DNA of 64,000 bases from Octopus sinensis (lineage: Eukaryota). Both the position numbers and the translations under genes were made by a program. The first letter of the stretch is position 1. The number at the start of each line of letters is the position of its first letter. The notes under the pieces were generated by a model that worked only from the letters and a program-made list of their open reading frames with translations, had not been told where the DNA came from and ran no database searches. The DNA lies in contig NC_043023.1 in NCBI RefSeq assembly GCF_006345805.1, forward strand, positions 6,944,001 through 7,008,000, in the 5' to 3' direction. Of the stretch, positions 24,700 through 38,170 are shown piece after piece.

Positions 24700-25126
24700 T
24701 ACTTGGTGACCCTACTGGTGCTGGTGCCACATAAAAAGCATCCAGTCCACACTGCGAAGTGGTTGGCATTTGGAAGAACATCCAGCTGTAAAAAACCATG
24801 CCAAAACTGACCTGCCTGTGCTGGTACCACGTGAAAAGCATCCAGTCCATATTGTGAAGTGGTTGGCATTTGGAAGGGCATCCAGCTGTTAAAACCATGC
24901 CAAAATTGACCTTGCCTGTGCTGGTGCCACATAAAAAATGCACTGACTCTACTCTGCAGAGTGGTTGGTGTTAGGAAGGGCATCCAGCCATAAAAATCTT
25001 ACCAAAACAGGTGCAATAGTCTGGGGTAGTCTTCTACCTGGTCGGCTCCTGTCAAACCATCCAACCCATACCAGCATGGAAGACAGACGTTAAATGATGA
25101 TGATGATGATGACGACGATGATGATG
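24700..25126 (+). mobile_element. RTE 3'-UTR-type repeat with internal sub-repeats and (GAT)n tail
   Basis: Repeated gtggttggcatt.ggaagggcatccagc units; ends gacgttaaatgatgatg. Confidence 0.65.
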
Positions 25127-25559
25127 GTACATTATATTACTCATTATGTAACATTATGTAACATTATGCAACATTACACAAGTCTGTGTTTTCATAAAAT
25201 ACCTCTTCTTCAGGTTGTGAAGCTGATTGGCTTAATGGTTAGGGTACTTGGCTCACAGTTTTAAGATCATGTGATCAACTTCCATTGGTGCATTATATCC
25301 TTGATCAAGACACTTTACTTCTCATTGTGAAGGTGTATGGCTTAGTGGTTAGAATGCTGACTCATTGTTATACGGTTGTGAGTTCGATTCCTAGTGACAC
25401 ATCATGACCTTGAGCAAGACACTTTATATTGGGTTATCCCATAAATAATGCTTCTTTTTTCATACTTCTTTTATTTTTGAAAATTAAGATAAACAAAGTT
25501 CTTTTTTAATCTAAAATATACTCTCCTTCATTTTCTACAAACTCTGCCATCTGTCTGCT

Positions 25560-26170
25560 AGACTTGCAAGAAGTCTTCGTGTGAACGTGATCTTCGCATT
25601 ACTGTCAGCAGTGATTTGCACTGGACAAAGCACATCACTAAAATTGCCAAAAAGGCCGAGGGTGTCTTGGCATCGCTCAGCAAGACCTTTGTTAGTCACT
25701 CTCCAGCTTTCTCTTTGGGGCCGTATATGGCTATGGTGCTGTCACACTTGGAATTTGCATCATCAGTCTGGAACCCCTATCTTGCTCAGGACATTGACCT
25801 TCTGGAAACTTCAGAGACATGCAACCAAGCGAATACCCTCCATCAGGCATCTACCATACTCTGAACACCTTGCTTCCCTGGGCATAGATACATTGAAGCT
25901 TTGACGTTGGGCAACTGACTTGGTAAACACCAATAAAATGGTTAACCATCATGCTAACAACCACCTCGAATACATTTTTTTGTGTTCCATGTGTCTAACA
26001 CATGTGGGCATGCCTATAAGTTTAGAAAACAGCACAGCTCCTATGACTTTCAGAAACATTTTTTCCGCACTCAGAGTTCTGTTATAAAACAAACTACCTG
26101 CATCAGTTGTTACCTGCCAATACATTGCATCCTTTAAAACCTCCCTGCTTCCTGAAAATCGCCAAATCTA
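25560..26170 (+). mobile_element. CR1-like LINE 3' fragment
   Basis: WTKHITKIAKKA, HLEFASSVWNPYLAQDIDLLE, QRHATKRIP...LPYSEHLASLG and the GHAYKF motif. Confidence 0.8.
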
Positions 26171-26499
26171 CACCCGATATCCACATTCTCCATGCACATG
26201 TACACATGTATAATGGAAGGCAAGGTTTACGATATCGGGAGAATATCGCCTTCTCCCATTATATTGTATCCTTTATGTAGTTCAGGCTCCGGCAGGTGAA
26301 GAGAGAAGTCTTAAAGTACAAATGCAATTTACAACCGGTTTATTTACAGGGTTCACAGAATAGGTGAAGTGTGTTGCTCTCAGCAACCATCTCAAGCTGT
26401 GTGTGTTGTGTTGTATCTCCATTAATGTGGGCACTGCTATATAATTTGCTTCTACTGATTAAGAAACTAAAGTGGCATCAACAGCAGAGATCAGCTGAA

Positions 26500-26870
26500 T
26501 CAGGTCTGCAACTTCTGCATTCGCATCCTTTCATTGGTGTGTCTGGAAGAAGCCCAACACCTTCCTAAGGAGATGCTGGTTTTGCCTGTCCTTCTCTACA
26601 GCATTGAAACCTGGACCATCCGCAAACAGGGCCTGAACAACCGCAAGGTGTTCCAAATGTGGTGTCTTCATCAGATCCTTGGTGTCTCTCTATGTGACCA
26701 AATCTCAAACAACATCTGAGAACAATGCCAGCAGCAGCTGACCATTGAAGACCAAGTCTGGCCGCACAGGCGACAGTTATTTGGCCATGTCTGCTGGACA
26801 AGCACTGGAAGACAAACACCCCAACTTTTGTGGCAGCAGTGACCAATGCAATGAAGAATATGGTAGCCGT
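26500..26870 (+). mobile_element. Decayed RTE LINE C-terminal fragment
   Basis: VLPVLLYSIETWT...FQMWCLHQILGVS..DQISN and a FGHV motif. Confidence 0.7.
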
Positions 26871-27319
26871 ATTTTGTCTGCCGTTACGTTCTGAGTTCAA
26901 ATTCCGCCGAGGTCGACTTTGCCTTTCATCCTTTCGGGGTCGATAAATAAAGTACCAGTTTCGCACTGGGGGCGATATAATCGACTCAATCCCTTCGTCT
27001 GTCCTTGTTTGTCCCCTCTATGTTTAGCCCTTTCTGGGCAGTAAAGAAATATATATGGGAAAGTGTAGAAGAACATCAAAACCACAATCTGTTGCACCCA
27101 CAACAGCACATTGAAACTCCGATGTCTGGCAGCTGACTTGGCAGACACCCATAAGATTATTATTTAAAGTTATTTTACTAAATTCTTCATTATTTTCAAA
27201 ATATTTGAAACAAAGGCATTGTGTTTCAACAGAAATATGGTAACAAAAGGGCTAAAGTGATCCAAGTTAAAACCTTCCATCAAAATAAAGACAAAGTTGA
27301 TACAGTTCTATTTACATAG

Positions 27320-27704
27320 GGTGCAGGAGTGGCTGTGTGGTAAGTAGCTTGCTTACCAACCATATGGTTCCGGGTTCAGTCCCACTGCATGGCACCTTGG
27401 GCAAGTGTCTTCTACTATAGCCTCGGGCCGACCAAAGCCTTGTGAGTGGACTTGGTAGACGGAAACTGAAAGAAGCTCGTCGTATATATGTATATGTATG
27501 TGTTTGTGTGTCTGTTTGTCCCCCCAACATCGCTTGACAACCGATGCTGGTGTGTTTACGCCCCCGTAACTTAGCGTTTCGGCAAAAGAGACCGATAGAA
27601 TAAGTACTGAGCTTACAAAGAATAAGTCCCGGGGTCGATTTGCTCGACTAAAGGCGGTGCTCCAGCATGGCCGCAGCCGAATGACTGACACAAGTAAAAG
27701 AGTA
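27320..27704 (+). mobile_element. SINE family A
   Basis: Same consensus. Confidence 0.8.
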
Positions 27705-28574
27705 ATCGGCCGAAATGTTGTGTTAACAGCAAAGAAGACGAGGACAAATATCCGTCAAATGTAAATAATGTAAATAAAAAGAAAGTTATTTTATCAAATT
27801 CTTCAATATTTACAAAATTAAATTTAAACAAAGGCGATAAAAGTCCAAGGGAGGTAATTCAGTCATTTACAAATATATCATATGAATGTTGGGAGGGGAG
27901 GAACCTATTGGTAGACGCTACATATACTAGACATAGCAGTCAAATCTCCCTCTAAATACATAATATGATTCATATGGATTGTGGCCATGCTGGAGCACTG
28001 ACTTGATGTGTTATTTGAACAAACTGACGCCAGTGTGTGTTTATTTATTTATTTTTTACAGTCTGGTATTTATTTATTCTTTCTGCCTCTTTTTGGCTGA
28101 CTGCAAAATTACAGGGACGTTCAACTGGGGTCTGGGAAGCCAGGAGGCTGCACCAGGCTCCAGTCTGATCTGGCAGTGTTTCTAAAGCCGGATCCCCTTC
28201 CTAATGCCAACCACTCCGTGAGTGTTGTGCGGCCAGAGGTTGGCAACAGCCACAATCAGTTGGTGCTTTCTATGTGCCACCAGCACAGACACCAGTCAAG
28301 ATATATATATGTATGTATATAAATGGGTGTGTGATAAGAAGCTTGCTTCCCAACCAAGTGGTTCTAGGTTCAGTCCCACTGTGTGGTACCTTAGACAAGT
28401 GTCTTTTACTATAGCTCCAGGCTGACCAGAACTTGTTTGTGGATTTGGTAAATCAAAACTGAAAGAAGCCCCTGTGTAAATGTACATCCTTCCATACATA
28501 CATACATACATACAAGCGAAAATACCCTGTTGATGTTGTTGAAATGGCAATGAAGGGGCCCTGGATCTAGGCTA

Positions 28575-29592
28575 GAAACATGCACTCACTTTATGCTTGA
28601 ATGAAAGAACTTGCAGAAGATGGTTTGCAAAATGCAGAAGTGGAGATTTCAGCCTTGAAGATGAAGATCAAACAGGACGTCCAGTTGAGGTTGATAATAA
28701 GCTCCTTGAGGCATCCCTTGAAGAAAATCCTGCATTATCAGTTGAAGAATTGGCAATAAAGCTTAGTTCAAACCATACAGCTGTCCGTCTTCATCTTCAG
28801 CAACTTGGAAAGTTTCCTAAACTTGGAAAATGGGTGCCTCATGAATTGTCTGAAAGCAACCGCAAATCCAGGGTTGACATCTGCCCTTCTTTCCATTTTC
28901 GGGAACTCATTTCACCCTTTTAGGATAGATTTATGACTGGTGATGAAAAACGGATCTTTTATCGAAATGTAAAACATTGTAAACAGTGGCTTAGTAAAAG
29001 GGGAAAAGCTCAACCACAACTGAGAAGGGAACTTCATGGGGAAAAAGGTTCTTCTCTCTATCTGGTGGGGTTGCAAAGGAGTAATTCACTTAGAATTGTT
29101 ACCACCTAATGCAACAATCAATGCTCAAGTCTCCTGTCAGCAATTAGAGGGTTTGAACCAAGCTTTGAAGAAAAAAAGACCCGCTTTAGTGAATTGAAAA
29201 GGAGTGATGTTTCATCAGGACAATGCGTGACCCCTCACTGCAAAGATCACATCACAGAAGATCGAAGAATTTGGTTGGGAAAAAATTCCTCATCCACCTT
29301 ATTCTCCAGACCTTGCTCCTTCAGACTACCATTTGTTTCGAAGTTTACAGAATTATTTTAGGGACATAACTTTCGCAAGCCAGGAGGAGGTGGAAACTGG
29401 CATTTCAGAGTTCTTCGCTTTGAAAGCAAAAGAGTTTTACATTGATGGGATTAAAAATCTTGTAAACAGATGGAAGGAAGTCATAGATAATCAGGGAAAG
29501 GACATTGATGATTAAATTTCAATTAAATACAACATTTGATCACTTGTTTTCTTTATTCAAAATTCAGACAGAATTTATGGGATGACCTGATA
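28575..29592 (+). mobile_element. Decayed mariner (DD34D) transposon, 5' truncated
   Basis: WVPHEL, TGDEK, HQDNA and HPPYSPDLAPSDYHLFRSLQN motifs, with stops and frameshifts. Ends in the TIR-like sequence tttatgggatgacctgaTA. Confidence 0.92.
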
Positions 29593-30914
29593 GTTGCATA
29601 TCTAGACATATATATTTAAATGATAAACTTCTGGAAAGTTTTACAGATTTTTACAGTTCCAGTGATGAATTGGATCTGTAGTCTTTGAATTAGCTTTCTC
29701 CTTTCAGGTTTTGAGAAGCTTAATTTCTTAAGATTAGTATTTAAGCAGGTATAATCCTGAACCTGTAATCTGGATAAAGTAACTGCAGATTTCTCAATAG
29801 TTCAGTGTAGATATTCTCTTTTTCACCAATTTTCAGTTTTATGTTGACATCCGCTGGGCAGCTAATTTCCACAACTGTGCACAGTTTCTCTTCTCTATCT
29901 CAAATCATTATATCAGGTCTGCTATGCTTACATTTTATTGAGGTCTTCACTGGAACATTCCACTGTATGTATGTGTCTGGTAATACAAATAGTATAAGTA
30001 TATACACGTATACACACACACATATATCTAATATAATGTGGTGTTGGCAGTCGGTGTTATGGGCCGTGATGAGTTATGTGGTGTTGGTGGAGAGGATGAC
30101 AGATGAGGTGGGTGGAAGTAGGACTTGCAGGGGCTGGCGGAAGAGTGAAGGGCACATGCGTGGCAGGAAGCACGTGTGGTCAGTGAGGAAGCGTGGTGAG
30201 TTCCAGCATAGACGGCAAAGTGACAGGATGTGTAGAATTCGTGAGAGACCGCTGATTTCGCCGAGGTAAGGCCTTTTGTATTTCTTTCTCCTGTTGCTTC
30301 TTTTTCTGTTGTCCTTTTCTTCCATCACACTACATATAATAAATGCAAAAACTAATTTCTGTGTGTCAGTGTGTCACACTTTGACCCCCGCTCTCTCACT
30401 ATTCAATGACACTTCTACTATTGATGATGCTTCATTAAAAGTAGTAGTGTTGATGGTGGCAGTAGGGGTAATAATAAGAGAGAGAGAAAGAGTGGGTATG
30501 TGTGAGAGAGAGGGACTGAACACCGAATTCATCTTCTTAGTACCACCACCATTGCCACCACATCGGCTATACACACACCATTCAGACTTCTGATGCCACC
30601 AACATCAATACCTTACACTCCGCCACCTTCCCCTCCGCAACCATCACCACTGTGTTTCGCATCACTTACTCTGTCATCCCACACTGCCTTGGTTACCCCT
30701 ATTTTAAACTCTGTTTAAAAAAGAATTTGAAAAAGAGCAGAACTTTTAGGGTTTATGGATGTGGGGTAGGTTTAAAAAATTAAAATGAAATTTTTTTTCA
30801 TAATTGTATGAATTCTCAAGTGGAACGCAAATTCGCCAAAAAATAAATCCTGAAAATTCCCCAAAATAAAAATGTTATTAGGAGTTACATGGGGTGTTTA
30901 AACCAGAATTCTGC

Positions 30915-31114
30915 CATCTCTCTCTCTCTCTTTCTATCTATCTATCCATCTATCTCTCTATCCATCCATCCATCTATCTATCCAGCCATCTATCTATCCA
31001 TCTATCTATCTATCTGTCTGTCTGTCTGTCTGTCTATCTGTCTGTCTCTCTCTCTCTCCCTATCTATCTGTCTATCTATCTATCTATCTGTCTGTCTGTC
31101 TGTATGTCTGTCTG

Positions 31115-31183
<69 letters not shown>

Positions 31184-31215
31184 GTGTGTGTGTGTGTATG
31201 TATATATATATATTA
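30915..31215. repeat. (TCTA/TCTG)n microsatellite
   Basis: Direct reading. Confidence 0.9.
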
Positions 31216-31450
31216 TCTTTTACTTGTTTCAGTCGTTGGACTGCGGCCAAGCTAGGGTACTGCCTTGAAGGCTTAGTCAAACACATCGCCGCTAGTACTT
31301 TTCTTTAAGCCTGGTACTTGCTTTATTTGTCGCTTGTGCTGAATCACAAAGTTACGGGGACGTAAACAAACCAATACCAGTTTTTAAGTGATGATGAGAG
31401 ACAAAAACAAAAGCAAAACCAACAACATCAAACAAAAGTTGTCTGATTCT

Positions 31451-32152
31451 ACCGACGCTATTGTACACATTTACTTTGTACATCTTACAAAGCCTTGTTC
31501 AGTTTGTCGTATTTTGCCGACGCTACAGTACACATTTACTTTGTACATCTTACAAAGCCTTGTTCAGTTTGTCGTATTTTGCCGACGCTATAGTACACAT
31601 TTACTTTGTACATCTAACAAAGCCTTGTTCAGTTTGTCGTATTTTGCCGACGCTATAGTACACATTTACTTTGTACATCTTACAAAGCCTTGTTTAGTTT
31701 GTTGTATTTTGCCGACGCTATAGTACACATCTACTTTGTACATCTTACAAAGCTTTGTTCAGTTTGTCGTATTTTGCCGACGCTATAGTACACATCTACT
31801 TTGTACATCTTACAAAGCCTTGTTCAGTTTGTCGTATTTTGCCGACGCTATAGTACACATCTACTTTGTACATCTTACAAAGCCTTGTTCAGTTTGTCGG
31901 ATTTTGCCGACGCTATAGTATACATTTACTTTGTACATCTTACAAAGCCTCGTTCAGTTTGTCGGATTTTGCCGACGCTATAGTATACATTTACTTTGTA
32001 CATCTTACAAATCCTTGTTCAGTTTGTCGTATTTTGCCGACGCTATAGTACACATTTACTTTGTACATCTTACAAATCCTTGTTCAGTTTGTCGTATCTT
32101 GCCGACGCTATAGTATACATTTACTTTGTACATCTTACAAAGCCTTGTTTAG
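31451..32152. repeat. 65-bp minisatellite x ~11 abutting the XPO6 promoter
   Basis: Unit starts at 31451, 31516, 31581 ... 32101 (exact 65-bp period). Confidence 0.95.
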
Positions 32153-32159
32153 TCTGTAA

Positions 32160-32826
32160 CTACAATAGAGAAGGTGGCTTTGTGCTTGTGAATCACGACA
32201 CGTACGTGCTGTCGTCTCCTCTTCCCACTCCTCTAGTACTCCCTTATACAACATCTTTGCTACCACCTCACACTCTCTTACATCTCTCGCCAGCCAAGCC
32301 AGCCAGCCAGACCAGCCAGCCTGCATGTCAGCCAGCAAGCCTGCCAGCCACGCGCCTGCCCGCCCGCCGTGCTCGCAAGCTTTGCTCGCCCGCAACCGGA
32401 AGTCACCCATCATGCAACAGCAACAATGCCGCTGAACGCAAGGGCGTCGTGCGGGAGGCCTTCTGAGTCTCCTATTATTGCTTAATTTACCCCCCTTTTT
32501 TTTTTTAAAGAAACCTTACTCTGAGCCCTCTTACACACACATATATATTATATATATACATATCTATATATGTATATTGGGGGCTGAGCCCCGCCGAACC
32601 CGAATTTTAACCGAACGAAATAGCGAGCCAACCCAACCAGCGAAACGAACCCACACAACCTGGTCCACCAGATTACGTCCGTTCGGGTCCAGGGTCCTAA
32701 GTTCGAACCCCTGCCGGAAGTTCTTCGTGTCTACACGGCATTGACGTATAAACTAAAAAGAAACTCTCAACAGACTCGACATCTATAAACTTCGCTGGCT
32801 TTGTCACAAGAGGACTGTCTTCCGAA
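32160..32826 (+). promoter_or_regulatory. CpG-rich promoter/5' UTR region of XPO6
   Basis: Strong local CpG/GC enrichment in an AT-rich window. ETS/GABP-type CCGGAAGT motifs at ~32396 and ~32714. Immediately precedes ATG|GTATGT. Confidence 0.7.
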
Positions 32827-32829
32827 ATG
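32827..32829 (+). CDS. XPO6: XPO6 first coding exon (start ATG only)
   Basis: ccgaaATG|gtatgt after a CpG-rich region. The next exon begins in phase 0 with ASDEAS, which needs only a Met. A similar ATG-only first exon is recalled for vertebrate XPO6. Confidence 0.7.
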
Positions 32830-32850
32830 GTATGTATATCATATCGAGTC

Positions 32851-32883
<33 letters not shown>

Positions 32884-33720
32884 AGAGCGGGTGTATATTA
32901 TATTTATATATTATGTATTACTTTGTGATAGTGGACATCCTTAAGGATGGAGTCTGTCTTGTATAAAGAGTTGGTATGTAGTATATACGTTACATAAGGA
33001 TTGTGTGTATGTATATATAATACATATATACACAGATATATGTGTGTATGTATATATATATATATTATATATATGTGTGTGTCTGTCTGTCTTGGATATT
33101 GTACGTTATGTATTCGCTCTGCTGAAGAGGACAGCTAACCACCAGGGATGGTGTGTAGAATTCGTGTACAATGTGTGTGTGTGTATATATATATATGTAT
33201 ATAAATATATATACATACACATATATGTGTGTATAAATATATATACATACACATATATATATATGGCATGTATGTATATTGATTGGATACAGTGTGTATA
33301 TTATGTTTTGGATTCATATCGGTTATTATATATATATATATACATACACACTGTAGGTTCAGAATATATTGTCTCTAAATTATATAAACACACTTTTTTT
33401 TTTACTTGTTCCGACCATGTAGTGTCATATACGATATCACTTACCCATACGGGAAATCGAAACCGGACTGTATAGATGTCAGTGTATATCGAATGTACGT
33501 GATGTAATTGCTTTCGTACTTTATCCATTGTGTGTGTGTGTGTGTATTTATAGCATAGTATGTCATCATTTAACGTCTCCTTTTCCACGCTGGCATGGGT
33601 TGGACGATTCATTATGAACTGACCAGTTAGAGGACTGTGTTGAATTTCAACGTCTACTTGACCTCTCAACGAGCAGGGTACAATATTGAATGATACTTGT
33701 GTATATATATATATATATAT

Positions 33721-34115
33721 AGGCGCAGGAGTGGCTGTGTGGTAAGTAGCTTGCTAACCAACCACATGGTTCCAGGTTCAGTCCCACTGCGTGGCATCTT
33801 GGGCAAGTGTCTTCTGCTATAGCCCCGGGCCGACCAATGCCTTGTGAGTGGATTTGGTAGACTGAAACTTATATATATGTATATATATATATATATAAGT
33901 GTGTGTGTATATGTTTGTGTGTCTGTGTTTGTCCCCCTAGCATTGCTTGACAACCGATGCTGGTGTGTTTACGTCCCTATCACTTAGCGGTTCGGCAAAA
34001 GAGACCGATAGAATAAGTACTGGGCTTACAAAGAATAAGTCCCGGGGTCGATTTGCTCGACTAAAGGCGGTGCTCCAGCATGGCCGCAGTCAAATGATTG
34101 AAACAAGTAAAAGAG
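33721..34115 (+). mobile_element. SINE family A
   Basis: Same consensus. Confidence 0.8.
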
Positions 34116-34599
34116 TATATATTATATACTCTGTATATAAAACAGTTTCATGTAGTCGTTTTGTCATCAATGATATGTATATATCATATTGTATGGTATC
34201 ATCATCATTGTTTAACGTCCGCTTTCCATGCTAGCATGGGTTGGACGGTTCGACTGGGGTCTGGGATGCCAGGAGGTTGCACCAGGCTCCAGTCTGATCT
34301 GGCAGTGTTTCTACAGCTGGATGCCCTTCCTAATGCCAACCACTCTGTAAGTGTAGTGGGTGCTTTTTATGTGCCACCAGCACAGGTGCCAGGGGAGGCT
34401 GGCAGCAGCCACGATCAGTTGGTGCTTTTTACATGCCACCGTCACGGAAGCCAGTCGAGGCGGTGCTGGCATCGGCCAATTTGGATGGTGCTTTTTACGT
34501 GCCACCGGCACTGGTATCACAACTACAATTTCCATTTGATTTGTATTTTGATGTTGATGTACTTGACTCAGTAGTCTCCTCAAGCACAGCAGGTCGCCC

Positions 34600-35185
34600 T
34601 ACGTTCCAAGGTAAGCACAGCCGGCCATCCTGTGATCCAAGGTACTTTGGATGGACTGGGGCTTCTATGTGAAGCTGGTGCAGGAAACAGCCATGAACTC
34701 AACGTTATTTGTTGGGTCTTTTGCAGTCACAGCATATGTCTTGCAAACAACTTGCACATTCAAGTGCTACCAGTCAAAAGCTCTGTATACCGGAAGCCAG
34801 CAAGTGTATGGGGTCATCAGGAGAGAATGCGTGCTGTTTCGGGTCCTACTTCTCGACGGCATCAATGCGCACTGCCCCCCCCCTCACTGATATGAGGTCC
34901 CACTTGCTAGATCAGCTGGTTATCAAATTAAGCTCAATATCTTTCTAGCCATTGCTCATCGTCTCTTTTTAACCAAATCCAGTTGCTAGCCTTCTCCACT
35001 GTAGATTGGATATCGGTCATGGTGGTATTGACTTTACGATTAGTTAGGCCTAGTGATAACAACAGTTGTCTCACACTGTGTCCAACAAACACTCTACATC
35101 CGACTTTGATTGGAAAATGTTCCACTTTCCAGCCTGCGTCTTCACATTCCTCGAGGAGGTTTACATAGAAATTTCGGTCTTTCGT
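34600..35185 (-). mobile_element. 3' end of an RLE-type (HERO/NeSL-like) non-LTR retrotransposon
   Basis: ORF 34934-35233: YVNLLEECEDAGWKVEHFPIKVGCRVF...VEKASNWIWLKRD, typical of the restriction-like endonuclease C-terminus. Confidence 0.65.
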
Positions 35186-35334
35186 CATTGCCTCTGTGTA
35201 TATTATATGCATATTATATATCGATTCACACAATATGAGGTAAGTCTGGAAAGATTACAGAGGTGCTAGAGCAGAGACAAGTGGATGTGCGCTATGTACA
35301 AGAGGTAAGATAGAGAGGAACCTCAGCCAGCATA

Positions 35335-35525
35335 TGACTGCGGCCATGCTGGAGCACCGCCTTTAGTCGAGCAAATCGATCCCAGGACTCATTCTTTGTA
35401 AGCCTAGTACTTATTCTATCGGTCAGTTTTGCCGAACTGCTAAGTTACAGGGACATAAACACACCAGCATCGGTTGTCAAACACAGACACACAAATATCT
35501 ACATACAGACACACACACATATGTA

Positions 35526-35557
<32 letters not shown>

Positions 35558-36105
35558 CATATACACACACACGACGGGCTTCTTTCTGTTTCTGCCTACC
35601 AAATTCACTCGCACGGCTTTGGTCGGCCCGAGGCTATATTAGAAGACACTTGCCCAAGGTGCCACACAGTGGGAATGAACCCGGAACCATGTGGGAACCA
35701 CAGATGAAAAGGATGCAATTTTACAGGGCACCAACACCAAAGTGATTGTTTTAGTCAAGCAAATCAACCCCAGGACTTATTATTTGTAAGCCTAGTACTT
35801 ATTCTATCGGTCTCTTTTGCCGAACTGCTAAGTTACGGGGACGTAAACACACCGGCATCGACTGTCAAGTGATGTTGGAGGGACAAACACAGATACACAA
35901 GCACACGCACACACATACGACAGGCTTCTTTCAGTTTCTGTCTGCCAAATCCACTTCTTTCAGTTTCTGCCTACCAAATCCACTCACAAGACTTTGGTCA
36001 GCCCGAGGCTATAGTAGAAGATACTTGCCCAAAGTTCCATGCAGTAGGACTGAACCCGGAACCATGTGGTTGGTAAGCAAGCTATTTACCACACATCCAC
36101 GCCTG
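35335..36105 (-). mobile_element. Two tandem SINE family A copies
   Basis: Reverse complement of the consensus, twice. Confidence 0.75.
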
Positions 36106-36324
36106 AGGAAGTCACATAAGTACATGATTCTGGGTTGGTTGGCTTGGCATATTGATGGCTGAAAAAGTGCATAGATGAAGTAATTTGGTCAGCATATGTG
36201 ACAATAAGGTCTTCATAGATAATACAACAGGAACTATCATTTAAGGGTTGGGCAATGGAGTGGTTCTGTGAGGTCTTTTTGAATAAGAGGTTCAGGGGAT
36301 AACTTAATGCAGAGGTCATTTTAG

Positions 36325-37080
36325 TGGAGGCACCTGGCCTAGTGGTTAGAGCAGTGGATTTGCGGTTGAGGGATTGCGGGTTCGAATCTCAGATTGGGCG
36401 ATGTGTGTGTTTATGAGCGAAACCACTAAGCTCCATGCGGCTCCGGCAGAAGGTAATGGCGAACTTCTGCTGACTCTTTCGCTCCACTCTTTCCTCCTGC
36501 ATCTTGCAGCTCACCTGCGATGGACTGGTGTCCTGTACAGGTGGGGAACCTATATGTCAAGGAATCCAGGAAACCGGCCCTTATGAGCCAGGCATGGCTC
36601 GTGAAGGAACAAATAATATATGTGTGTGTGGAGGCACATGACCTAGTGGTTACAGCAGCGGACTCGCAGTCAAGGGATCGCGGGTTTGAATTTCAGACCG
36701 GGTGATGTGTGTGTTTATGAGTGAAACCCCTAAGCTCCACGCGGCTCCGGCAGAAGGTAATGGCGAACTTCTGCTGACTCTTTCGCTCACTCTTTCGCTC
36801 ACTCTTTCGCTCACTCTTTCGCTCACTCTTTCGCTCACTCTTTCGCTCACTCTTTCGCTCACTCTTTCGCTCACTCTTTCGCTCACTCTTTCGCTCACTC
36901 TTTCGCTCACTCTTTCGCTCACTCTTTCGCTCACTCTTTCGCTCACTCTTTCGCTCACTCTTTCTCTCACTCTTTCCTCCTGCATCTTGCAGCTCACCGG
37001 CGTCCTGTTCAGGTGAGGAACCTATACGCCAAGGAAACCGGGAAACCAGCTGTATGAGCCAGGCATGGCTCAAGAAGGAA
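36325..37080 (+). mobile_element. Two tandem tRNA-derived SINEs (family D); the second carries a 12-bp expansion
   Basis: tggcctagtggttagagc (A box) and ggttcgaatc (B box); body repeated from ~36630. Confidence 0.7.
36777..36975. repeat. 12-bp minisatellite (TCTTTCGCTCAC) x ~16
   Basis: Direct reading; gives the (SERV)n pseudo-ORF. Confidence 0.95.
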
Positions 37081-37397
37081 CAAACAGAGGTCATTATAGT
37101 AGTGGTAGAAAAGTCAGAGCTAGGGGGCAGCATTGCCTGTAGGTCAGAGGCTGGAGTGTCTGAGTGGTTTGACCGTTAGCATTCAGATTACTATCAAATG
37201 TAATGCTTATTTATTTACATTGTTTTGAACTAATCATGCATAACCTCGTAGTTTTGATATTTCAGTGATGCGAATGTTTATTTTTAGAATGACATTGTAG
37301 CATAAGTGTGAGAGGTTGGATCTGGCCAGTTTGAACATAAAACAGAATATTTTTTAAGTTTAAATACAAAAAGTTAAGAATGTTCTTTTTACCATAT

Positions 37398-37748
37398 AGG
37401 CATAGGAGTGGCTGTGTGGTAAGTAGCTTGCTTACCAACCACATGGTTCCAGGTTTATTCCCACTGCATGGCACCTTGAGCAAGTGTCTTCTACTATAGC
37501 TTCAGGCTGACCAAAGCCTTGTGAATGGATTTGGTAGACGGAAACTGAAAGAAGCCTATGTGTGTATATGTTTGTTGTCTGTGTCCCCCCAACATCACTT
37601 GACAACTGTTGCCGGTTTGTTTACATCCCCGTAACTTAGCGGTTAGGCAAAAGAGACCGATAAAATAAGTACTAGGCTTACAAAGAATGTCCTGGGGTTG
37701 ATTTGCTTGACTAAAGGTGGTGCTCAAATGACTGAAACAAGTAAAAGC
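37398..37748 (+). mobile_element. SINE family A
   Basis: Same consensus. Confidence 0.75.
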
Positions 37749-37819
37749 ATGATGCGAATAAATAAGCATTACATTTGACCGAACAGTCTGAATGTGCGGG
37801 AGTTAATATTTGTTTTCCA

Positions 37820-38170
37820 TCTGAGAAGCCTACACTACATCCGGGGTATATCCGGGCAATACAGGGTGCTCAACACTGAGCTCCTGAATTATGCAGGCCT
37901 TCCCAGCATGTTCACCCTGCTCTGGTTAGGATACGTCCACTGCATGAAGGATGTCCGCATCCCAGAGAACATTCTCTAAGGGGAACTGGCATCTAGAAGA
38001 AGAGCCACTGGTCAACCTCAGCTGCGATACAGGGATGCTTTAGAAAGAGATTTGAAGCCCTTGTCATCAATATAGAGTCCTGGGAGAGCCTTGCAGCTGA
38101 TCAGCCAACATGGAGGAGCACCAAGTCAGGGGGGAAAAGAGGTTAATGAGCACAGCAGCAGACAAGCAAG
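37820..38170 (+). mobile_element. Decayed RTE (BovB-like) C-terminal fragment
   Basis: LPSMFTLL/WLGYVHCMKDVRIPENIL*GELA...QPQLRYRD...SWESLAAD. Confidence 0.7.

Noticed and set aside
30066-30255. C/D box snoRNA (GTGATGA...CTGA)
   Set aside because: No terminal stem, no recognisable rRNA/snRNA guide, and not inside an intron of a supported gene.
31451-32152. CRISPR-like array (also the 42-bp and 54-bp repeats)
   Set aside because: No unique spacers, eukaryotic context, no cas genes.
36325-36400. tRNA genes at SINE heads
   Set aside because: A/B boxes are present, but there is no complete cloverleaf and they continue into SINE bodies.
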